27,839 bases of DNA from assembly GCA_046758705.1 (NCBI GenBank), contig JBHIAT010000029.1:1-27839 (forward strand), read 5' to 3'. Of this stretch, positions 11,352-18,673 are shown piece after piece. The notes beneath the pieces were generated by a model. The model was not told the DNA's origin. It saw only the letters and a program-made list of their open reading frames with translations, and ran no database searches. Source of the DNA: Candidatus Bipolaricaulia bacterium. Lineage in GTDB: Bacteria > Bipolaricaulota > Bipolaricaulia > JBHIAT01. Every line of letters begins with the position of its first letter. Within the stretch, counting starts at the first letter, position 1. The translations under genes and the position numbers were made by a program.

Positions 11352-11686
11352 AAATCTCCCGGGACGAGAAACGCAAGATCCGGGAGTTCGAGAGCAGTGG
11401 TCATGCAAACTACGCCGAGGTGGGGCAGGATATCGTCTGTGCCGGTGTTTCATCCTTGCTGCAGACGGCAGTGCTGGGCCTCGAGGTGTACTTACGGACC
11501 GAGCCCAAGGTGAAGCAGAAGGAGGGATGGCTGAGATGTCGGGTCGATCGGGATGAGATCTATATGGACCGCGAGATCGATGCCATCTTGGAGACGATGC
11601 TTCTGGGATTGAAGGCGATCCAGGAACAGCACCCGGATCATCTCAAGTTGGAGGAGGTCACCAGCGATGTGGCGGGCAAGGTTTGA
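11339..11686 (+). CDS. prp: Ribosomal-processing cysteine protease Prp (YsxB family)
   Basis: SGHA...[10 protein letters not shown] catalytic His/Cys motif. Sits between rplU and an rpmA that carries the matching N-terminal extension. Confidence 0.93.
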   Translation: MVEIKISRDEKRKIREFESSGHANYAEVGQDIVCAGVSSLLQTAVLGLEVYLRTEPKVKQKEGWLRCRVDRDEIYMDREIDAILETMLLGLKAIQEQHPDHLKLEEVTSDVAGKV

Positions 11687-11939
11687 TCTGCAACTGTTCG
11701 CGCACAAGACGAGCGGCGGCAGCACCCGTAACGGCAGGGACAGCGCATCCAAGCGCCTGGGGGTTAAGTCATTCGGTGGGGAATGGGTGCTCCCCGGTTA
11801 TATCATCATCCGACAGCGAGGCACCCGGTTCAAGCCGGGGGCCAACGTCGGCCTGGGGAAGGATCATACCCTGTTTGCCAAGGCGGCCGGTTACGTCCAG
11901 TTCGAAGGTCGCTACGTCAACATCGTCCCAGAGGATTGA
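11667..11939 (+). CDS. rpmA: 50S ribosomal protein L27 with Prp-cleavable N-terminal extension
   Basis: [50 protein letters not shown]. Confidence 0.97.
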   Translation: MWRARFDLQLFAHKTSGGSTRNGRDSASKRLGVKSFGGEWVLPGYIIIRQRGTRFKPGANVGLGKDHTLFAKAAGYVQFEGRYVNIVPED

Positions 11940-12016
11940 ACCGCGTCGCGAGATGAACACCTCTATCCTCATCTTCCTCCCTATCATCCCCCATGTACAT
12001 CGCTTGATCGTTTCCT

Positions 12017-13330
12017 ATGTTCATTGACGAAGTCAAGATCCACGTCAAGGCCGGGGACGGCGGCGATGGGCTGATCAGCTTCGATCGATTGCCGAGAGGT
12101 CGCGGCACGCGGAGGATAGCGAGCGGCGGGGATGGAGGATCGGGTGGGGACGTGATCTTTGAGGCAACCGGAAGTCTGAACACCCTGCTCAACTTTCGCC
12201 ATCAAATCCATTTCCGTGCGGAAAACGGGGGACCCGGCGGCTCAAAGGGGAAGACCGGCCGGGGTGGGGCGGATCGCAGGGTGATGGTGCCCGTGGGGAC
12301 GGTCGTCACCGATCCGTACACCGGAGAGGTGCTCGCTGAACTGACCGAACCGGGTGTGGCGCGTGTGATCGCCACGGGAGGCCGAGGGGGGCGGGGGAAT
12401 CGCCGATTCAAGAGTTCGAGGTCGAGGCGCCGGGCTCCGCGGATTCGGGAACGGGGGGAGGCCGGGGAGGCGCGCTGGCTCAGGTTGGAATTGAAGTTGC
12501 TCGCGGATGTCGGGATCGTTGGCCAGCCGAACGTCGGCAAGTCGAGCCTCATCGCCCGTATCTCGGCCCAACGGCCGAAGATCGCCGATTACCCGTTCAC
12601 CACCTTAGAGCCACATCTCGGCGTCGTTCGGGTGGGCGAGTTCGATGAGTTCGTGGCCGTCGATATCCCAGGGCTGATCGAAGGTGCCCATGAAGGGAAA
12701 GGGTTGGGAGATCGGTTCTTAAAACACATCGAGCGGACGAGCCTGGTGCTCCATATGATCGACGTCTCGGGGGGAGAAGGTCACGATCCGCTGGACGACT
12801 ACTTCGTGATTAACGAGGAACTCCGGGCCTTCAATCCGACACTGGCTGAGAAGCCACAGATCGTCGTCGGGAACAAGATCGACCTTCTGGAACCGGAGAT
12901 GGTCGAGGCGGCCGTCTCCCGGTTCGCGGCGACAGGGATCGAGCTCCATCCCATCTCGGTGGCGACCGGCGCCGGGATCGATCGGTTGATCCGTGACGCC
13001 TATCAGAGGGTTCGGTCGCTCCGGGCCCGGGCGCGAACGGAGCGGATGGCGGCGAAGCGCAAGGTGTATCGAATCGAGGAGGAGGAGGAGCCGGAGTCTA
13101 TGGCATCCCAGGTTCGCTTCGATGGCGAGGCGTTCGTGGTGGAAGGTGGAGAGGCGGAACGGTTGGGCCGACGGCTGTTTCTCGACACCGAGGATGCCCT
13201 GGCGTATCTCTACGAACGGTTGGAGGCACTGGGTGTGGTCGCTGAGTTACAACGCCTCGGGATCCGTCCCGGGGAGATCGTGTGCATCGGTGACTATGAG
13301 TTCGAGTTCCAGTTCCAGCGTCAGTCTTGA
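12017..13330 (+). CDS. obgE: GTPase Obg/CgtA with C-terminal OCT domain
   Basis: MFIDEV, Gly-rich Obg fold, GQPNVGKSS, ADYPFTT, DIPGLIEGA, NKID. Confidence 0.96.
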   Translation: MFIDEVKIHVKAGDGGDGLISFDRLPRGRGTRRIASGGDGGSGGDVIFEATGSLNTLLNFRHQIHFRAENGGPGGSKGKTGRGGADRRVMVPVGTVVTDPYTGEVLAELTEPGVARVIATGGRGGRGNRRFKSSRSRRRAPRIRERGEAGEARWLRLELKLLADVGIVGQPNVGKSSLIARISAQRPKIADYPFTTLEPHLGVVRVGEFDEFVAVDIPGLIEGAHEGKGLGDRFLKHIERTSLVLHMIDVSGGEGHDPLDDYFVINEELRAFNPTLAEKPQIVVGNKIDLLEPEMVEAAVSRFAATGIELHPISVATGAGIDRLIRDAYQRVRSLRARARTERMAAKRKVYRIEEEEEPESMASQVRFDGEAFVVEGGEAERLGRRLFLDTEDALAYLYERLEALGVVAELQRLGIRPGEIVCIGDYEFEFQFQRQS

Positions 13331-13356
13331 CAGGGAACCGCGCGATATGGTATGTT
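13327..13356 (+). promoter_or_regulatory. Promoter for infC-rpmI-rplT
   Basis: TTGACA (13327-13332, overlapping the obg stop), 18 nt, TATGTT (13351-13356), with a TGn extension. Confidence 0.75.
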
Positions 13357-13390
13357 AAACGCGCTTTAATTAATAAGGAGGGAGACGCAG

Positions 13391-13894
13391 ATCGACCGAC
13401 AAGCACGGATCAACGAGCAGATCAGGGTGAGTGAGGTCCGAGTCATCGATGAGAAAGGAAGACAGCTGGGTGTGATGCCGGTGGTCGATGCATTAGAGAA
13501 GGCAAAGCGCCGGGGCCTCGATCTCGTCGAGGTTGCCCCCCAAGCCGACCCAGTGGTCGTCAAGATCCTCGACTACGGGAAGTACAAATACGAGCAGGAA
13601 AAGCGCAGGAAGAGGCAAAGGAAGAAGCAGAGCCGGCTCAAGGAGATGCGGTTCACCACCAAGATCAGCGATCATGACTTCAACACCAAACTGCGTCACA
13701 TCCGTCGATTCCTGGAAGATCAGCACAGGGTGCGGATCACGGTGATCTTCCGGGGACGGGAGATCGTCCATATGGATCGAGGACAGGACCTTCTGAACCG
13801 GATCGTCGAGGAGACCCAGGACATCGCCAAAGTGATTCAGAGTCCACAACGGCGCGGTCGAACCCTCCAGATGCTGCTCGTGTCGGAGAACTAA
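13391..13894 (+). CDS. infC: Translation initiation factor IF-3 with non-canonical ATC start
   Basis: The conserved RINEQIR lies upstream of the ORF-track GTG. SD TAAGGAGGG (13374-13382) is followed 8 nt later by in-frame ATC (13391). In-frame TAA at 13367 with no ATG/GTG/TTG between. LDLVEVAP and DYGKYKYE motifs. Confidence 0.95.
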   Translation: MDRQARINEQIRVSEVRVIDEKGRQLGVMPVVDALEKAKRRGLDLVEVAPQADPVVVKILDYGKYKYEQEKRRKRQRKKQSRLKEMRFTTKISDHDFNTKLRHIRRFLEDQHRVRITVIFRGREIVHMDRGQDLLNRIVEETQDIAKVIQSPQRRGRTLQMLLVSEN

Positions 13895-13941
13895 CAGCTC
13901 TAAGACCCAGTGATCCAGAGAGAGGAGAGAGGGAGATAACG

Positions 13942-14136
13942 ATGCCCAAGGCCAAAACCCATAGGGCAGTGAGCAAACGCTTGAAGACGAACAAACACGG
14001 GAAGATACGCCACAGAAAATCGCACTATCATCACAAGCTGAGGAAGAAACGCTCCCAATACAAACGGCAGGCGAGACGGTTCAAGGCGATCGCTAAGGCG
14101 GACGAGAGGATGCTTAAGCGTATGATCTCCAGTTAG
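13942..14136 (+). CDS. rpmI: 50S ribosomal protein L35
   Basis: MPKAKTHRAVSKR, highly basic, 64 aa, between infC and rplT. Confidence 0.93.
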   Translation: MPKAKTHRAVSKRLKTNKHGKIRHRKSHYHHKLRKKRSQYKRQARRFKAIAKADERMLKRMISS

Positions 14137-14168
14137 AAGCTGGGGGTATATAGAGAGGGTGAGCGGAT

Positions 14169-14519
14169 GTGCCGAGGGTCAAAGGGGGAAAGCGACGCAA
14201 GGAGCGTAGGAAGAAGATCCTGAAGCTGGCAAAGGGGTTCAAAGGCCGTCGAGGAACGGCCCATCGGATTGCTAAACAGTCGGTGATGAAGGCGCTCAGG
14301 AACGCCTACATCGATCGTCGGCGAAGGAAGCGGGAATTCAGACGGATGTGGATCATCCGCATCGGGGCGGCGAGCCGTCAGCGTGGCCTGTCTTACTCCC
14401 GATTCATCGGCGATCTGAAGGCCGAGGGGATCGAGCTCAACCGCAAGATGCTGGCGGAGATCGCCGTGCGGGACGCAAAGACGTTCGACTCGTTGGCCGA
14501 GATCGCTAAAAAGTCTTGA
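14169..14519 (+). CDS. rplT: 50S ribosomal protein L20
   Basis: [45 protein letters not shown]. Confidence 0.97.
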   Translation: MPRVKGGKRRKERRKKILKLAKGFKGRRGTAHRIAKQSVMKALRNAYIDRRRRKREFRRMWIIRIGAASRQRGLSYSRFIGDLKAEGIELNRKMLAEIAVRDAKTFDSLAEIAKKS

Positions 14520-14580
14520 GGAACGGAGTCCTAAATCCTACGGGACAAAGGGTGAACGCGCTCGGGCCCCCGAACAGCTG

Positions 14581-15462
14581 GTGAACTTCCAAGAGATCGT
14601 TCTCAAACTCCACGAGTTCTGGATGGACCAGGGGTGTCTGTCGCTGGTCCCCTATGATGTTGAGATCGGCGTCGGGACCTTCCCCCCGGCCACCTTCTTC
14701 GGAGCCTTGGGGGAGCGACCCTGGCGGGTCAGTTACCTGGCGCTCAGTCGGCGGCCGACCGACAGCCGCTATGGGGAGCACCCGACCCGGCTCAGGCTTC
14801 ACCACCAGTGTCAGGTGTTGCTCAAACCGCCGCCCGAGGAGGTTCAGACGCTCTACCTGGAGAGCCTGACCCACCTGGGAATTGACCTGCAACGCCATGA
14901 CTTACGGTTCGTGGGGGACGATTGGGATTCGCCGCCCCTGGACGCCTGGGGGTTGGGTTGGGAGGTTTGGCTGGACGGTATGGAGATCACCCGGTTCACT
15001 TACCTCCAGCAGGTCGGCGGGATCGCCCTCGACCCGATCTCGGTCGCACTCAATTACGGTCTCGAGCGGATCGCGACCTTCGTCCAGAAGGTCGAGAACA
15101 TCTTCGAACTGAACTGGAACGATACCTACCGTTACAAAGATCTGTTCCGGGCTCAGGAGCGAGAGTTCTCCGAGTACAACCTCGACCGGGCCGTCGTCGA
15201 CGATATATTGCGCCTGTTCCAGGTGAGCGAACGGGTGACACAGGCCAACCTGGAATGTGATCTGGTCTATCCGGCATACGACCACGTCCTCAAATGTACC
15301 CATCTGCTTGACATCTTAGCGGCACGGGGGGCGATCAGCATCACCGATCGAGAGAAGTACATCGGCCGGATCCGAAAGTTGGCTCGGGGGTGTGCAAAGC
15401 GGTATCTGGAGGAGCCGGGTGACCCGAAGGTCGCTCTCGATCCAGCCCGCCACCTAAGATGA
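14581..15462 (+). CDS. glyQ: Glycine--tRNA ligase alpha-subunit homolog with substituted active-site residues
   Basis: Colinear with GlyQ (MNFQ, SRRPTD, AWGLGWEVWLDGMEIT, YGLER), but many invariant residues are changed (see findings). Family assignment is secure; activity is not. Confidence 0.88.
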   Translation: MNFQEIVLKLHEFWMDQGCLSLVPYDVEIGVGTFPPATFFGALGERPWRVSYLALSRRPTDSRYGEHPTRLRLHHQCQVLLKPPPEEVQTLYLESLTHLGIDLQRHDLRFVGDDWDSPPLDAWGLGWEVWLDGMEITRFTYLQQVGGIALDPISVALNYGLERIATFVQKVENIFELNWNDTYRYKDLFRAQEREFSEYNLDRAVVDDILRLFQVSERVTQANLECDLVYPAYDHVLKCTHLLDILAARGAISITDREKYIGRIRKLARGCAKRYLEEPGDPKVALDPARHLR

Positions 15463-17348
15463 ACGACCCGGGCCGAGCATTGCTGGTCGAGATCGGGACG
15501 GAGGAGATCCCCTCCGGCCTGCTTGCCGGGATCGCAGCACAGCTCAGGACAGACGCGGAACGGCTGTTGAGGGAAACCGGGATCGGCTGGACGGCGATCG
15601 AGGTCCTTCATACGCCGCGCCGGCTCGTGCTCTCCGCCCAGGACGTCGCAGGTGATCGCATCCAGGAAACCCTGCCCGGGATCGTGGCTGAGCTGGTCCG
15701 GGCGATCCGCACCGAGAAGCGGATGCGCTGGGAAGCATCCGACCTGGAGTTCATCCGGCCGATCCGCTGGCTCGTCTGCCTGTTTGGGGACGAGGTCGTC
15801 CCGGTCGAGCTGGGAAGTCTGCGCGCCGGGCGGGCCACCCGCAACCGACGGTTCTGCGAACCAGAGTGGATCGAGGCTCGCGATCCGACGGATTATTTCG
15901 ATCGGTTGGGAACAGCGGTGATCCTCGACCCCAAGGCGCGTCGGGCAACTATCGAAGCAGCGCTGGAGCAGACTGCCGAGGAGATCGGGGGACGGCCCGT
16001 CCAAGATGAAGCGTTGCTCGAGGAACTCGTCGCCAGCTTCGAATATCCGTCCCCCGTCCCGGGGGAGTTTCCCGAGCATTTCTTGAGGCTGCCTCAGGAA
16101 GTGGTGATCGCCACGTTGATCCAGGAAGAGCGGTTCGTTCCGTTCGTCTCCGACCAGGGGATGAAGCCTTACTTTCTCGGATTCCGGGACGGGGAGGTCG
16201 ATGATGGGACGGTGAAGCGGGGTTATGAACAGGCCCTCCGGGCCCAGCTGGCCGACTCCCAATTCTCCTTCGCGAAGGACCGCGAGACGACCCTGGCGGA
16301 GAAGACAGAGGAACTGAAGGCGGTGATCTATCAGGAGCGGTTGGGCTCCATCTGGGACAAGGTGGGGCGGATCCGAAGGTACGCCCATGAGATCGCCCAT
16401 CGGCTTGATTTCCCAACGATGGAGGTCGATCGGGCCGCGTTCCTGTGCAAGGCCGACCTGATGACCGAGATCGTCAAGAAGTTCCCCGGGCTGAAAGGGA
16501 TGATGGGAAGCGTCTATGCCTCGCTGGATGGGGAATCGGAACGGGTCGCCAACGGGATACGGGAGCATTATCTGCCCCGGGCCGCCGGCGATCCGATCCC
16601 CCAAACCGAGATCGGGATCGCTCTCAGCCTCGCTGACAAGCTCGATACGATCGTCGGTTCGATCGTTCTCGTCGATTCCCTCAGTGGATCACGCGATCCC
16701 TTCGACCTGAACCACAAGGCGGACGGAGTTATCCGCATCGCGATCGAACGGAACCTCGACCTCGATTTCTACCGTTTGATTCGAGATCTCGAAGAACAGT
16801 TCGCCCGGTTGAGGGAAGGGCATGAGTCAGGGATCGAGATCGAGGTGATTGAGGCGTTCTTCCAGGATCGGGTCTATCAGGTCCTGGTTCAGGAGTACCG
16901 GGTCGACGACGACCTAGGAAAGGCGCTGACGGCCGCGCCGACGGGGAATTTCTTGCGGACGTTCCGGAAGGCGAAAGCACTGGAACGGTCGAAGGATCAG
17001 GAGGCGTTCAAAGCACTGGTCGCCGCCTGCTCACGGATGCGTCATGTCACCGAAGATCATGAGATCGAGGGGTATGATTCAGCGCTGTTCGAAGAGGAGG
17101 CCGAGCTGGAGCTGTGGCGTCGCTTCTTAGAGGTGAAGCGGGAGATCATCAACCTGGAGAGCAATAGGGATTACAATGCGATCCTTCAAGCCCTGACCAG
17201 GCTCAAAGAGCCGATCGATCGCTACTTCAATGCGGTGCGGGTGATGACCGATGACCGGGTGCTCCGGGAGAATCGTTTGGGGTTCCTGCTCGAGGTCGAG
17301 GCGTTGTTCTTCACGATCGGTGACCTGTCAAAGATTGTCGTCGAATGA
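15459..17348 (+). CDS. glyS: Glycine--tRNA ligase beta-subunit homolog, internally shortened
   Basis: LLVEIGTEEIP, TPRRL, MRW, FIRPIRWL, CKADL, EHYLPR, ADKLD, and an ENRL-containing anticodon-binding domain. 629 aa. ATGA overlap with glyQ. Confidence 0.88.
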   Translation: MNDPGRALLVEIGTEEIPSGLLAGIAAQLRTDAERLLRETGIGWTAIEVLHTPRRLVLSAQDVAGDRIQETLPGIVAELVRAIRTEKRMRWEASDLEFIRPIRWLVCLFGDEVVPVELGSLRAGRATRNRRFCEPEWIEARDPTDYFDRLGTAVILDPKARRATIEAALEQTAEEIGGRPVQDEALLEELVASFEYPSPVPGEFPEHFLRLPQEVVIATLIQEERFVPFVSDQGMKPYFLGFRDGEVDDGTVKRGYEQALRAQLADSQFSFAKDRETTLAEKTEELKAVIYQERLGSIWDKVGRIRRYAHEIAHRLDFPTMEVDRAAFLCKADLMTEIVKKFPGLKGMMGSVYASLDGESERVANGIREHYLPRAAGDPIPQTEIGIALSLADKLDTIVGSIVLVDSLSGSRDPFDLNHKADGVIRIAIERNLDLDFYRLIRDLEEQFARLREGHESGIEIEVIEAFFQDRVYQVLVQEYRVDDDLGKALTAAPTGNFLRTFRKAKALERSKDQEAFKALVAACSRMRHVTEDHEIEGYDSALFEEEAELELWRRFLEVKREIINLESNRDYNAILQALTRLKEPIDRYFNAVRVMTDDRVLRENRLGFLLEVEALFFTIGDLSKIVVE

Positions 17349-17360
17349 CGTGTGCCCCGG

Positions 17361-17969
17361 TTAGCGAGAGCGCGATGGGTACATCCCTATGAGTTTCTCT
17401 AACCTCTCGATGTTGCTCAATTTTCCTGTGTCTCTTAATTTTCTAGCTGATTCGGTGAAAAAAATATGGTTTTTTAAGAATTCTAGCTGAATTTTGTACC
17501 ATTCATCACCTTCATATCTTATCCCTCTCGATATTTCCCATTCTTTTCTCAATAAATCGCCTTTTTCAAGGAAATCATCCCGACCCAGATGATCCAAATC
17601 CGCATCACATAGGATTCGTTGTAAGTGGGTCTGGGGGTTTTGCGGCATTTGAGTCGCCAGTATGATCCTCGTAATGGCCTCGATGTCCTGTTGCGAGTAT
17701 CCGTTATATTGTGACAATGTCACGCTAGCAATTTTTGCGCCAATGGGTTCATTATCCTCATACTGTCTTATATATCCGATATCGTGAAACAACGCCGCCG
17801 TCAGCAGAAGCATCGTTTCATGGGATGGGATCTTTTCCAGTTGGGCGTACTGTTTAGCGCTGGTATAGACATCAATCGTATGCTGCTTATCGTGATAATG
17901 TAGGTCTTCAGGCAGTCTTTTGTCCAACCAGTCTATGACACAGTTCTTTAAAACTTCTATATCTGGCAT
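17361..17969 (-). CDS. HD-domain metal-dependent phosphohydrolase (copy 2)
   Basis: YHDKQHT, AALFHDIGY, ILCDADL motifs. AT-rich. Paralog of 18074-18673. Confidence 0.9.
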   Translation of the reverse strand: MPDIEVLKNCVIDWLDKRLPEDLHYHDKQHTIDVYTSAKQYAQLEKIPSHETMLLLTAALFHDIGYIRQYEDNEPIGAKIASVTLSQYNGYSQQDIEAITRIILATQMPQNPQTHLQRILCDADLDHLGRDDFLEKGDLLRKEWEISRGIRYEGDEWYKIQLEFLKNHIFFTESARKLRDTGKLSNIERLEKLIGMYPSRSR

Positions 17970-18577
17970 GCCCGTTCTATTATACCCTGAAATAGGCAGA
18001 AGATGCTCACAAATGTATCAACAGGTCGACAGGACGGTGGTTGGGATTGTGGGTGTGGGTAAGGAGGCGTTCATCACATCCTGATCAGTTGCTCCAATTT
18101 CTTGATGTTGATTGACTTGCCTTCATCCCTTAATTTTCTCGCTGAATTTGTGAAATACTGATGTTCTTCCAAGAACTTTAGCTGTAACTTGTTCCATTCC
18201 TCATCACTATATTCTATTCCCTTACATATTTTGTGTTCTTTTCTCAATAGAGCGCCTTTTTCAAAAAAATCATCGTGACCCAAATAATCCAAATCCGCAT
18301 CACATAGGATTCGTTGCAAGTGGATCTGGGGGTTCTGTGGCATCTGAGTCGCCAGTATCATCCCCGCAATGGTGTCGACGTCCTGCTGTGAATATCCATC
18401 GTACTGTGACAATGTCTCTCTGGCAATTTCTGCGCCAATGGGTTCATTGTTGTCATACTGTTTTACAAATCCGGTATCGTGAAACAATGCTGCGGCCAGC
18501 AGAAGCATCGTTTCATGGGATGGGATCTTTTCCAGTTGGGCGTACTGTTTAGCGCTGGTATAGACATCAATCGTATG
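17802..18577. repeat. Direct repeat between the HD paralogs: 81-nt identical block (17802-17882 = 18497-18577)
   Basis: Base-by-base comparison at offset 695. A second 30-nt identical block lies at 17592-17621 = 18287-18316. Confidence 0.9.
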
Positions 18578-18673
18578 TTGCTTATCGTGATAGTACAGGT
18601 TTTTAGGCAGTTCGTTGTCTAAAAACTCTATGACGTAGTTCTTTATGGCTTCTATATCTCCATTGGTGTTCAT
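18074..18673 (-). CDS. HD-domain metal-dependent phosphohydrolase (copy 1)
   Basis: YHDKQHT, AALFHDTGF, ILCDADL motifs. ATGA overlap with the cyclase stop codon. Confidence 0.9.
   Translation of the reverse strand: MNTNGDIEAIKNYVIEFLDNELPKNLYYHDKQHTIDVYTSAKQYAQLEKIPSHETMLLLAAALFHDTGFVKQYDNNEPIGAEIARETLSQYDGYSQQDVDTIAGMILATQMPQNPQIHLQRILCDADLDYLGHDDFFEKGALLRKEHKICKGIEYSDEEWNKLQLKFLEEHQYFTNSARKLRDEGKSINIKKLEQLIRM

Noticed and set aside
13915-13941. GA-rich tract before rpmI as a repeat or regulatory RNA
   Set aside because: Adequately explained as an extended purine-rich ribosome-binding region.
14520-14580. T-box riboswitch upstream of glyQ (also checked for pheS and metG)
   Set aside because: The spacers are too short and there is no T-box consensus or terminator.
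18031-18072. G-rich spacer with a perfect TAAGGAGG on the plus strand (anti-SD CCTCCTTA on the mRNA strand); possible G-quadruplex
   Set aside because: No usable start codon or ORF follows, and there are only three GGG runs. No supportable function.
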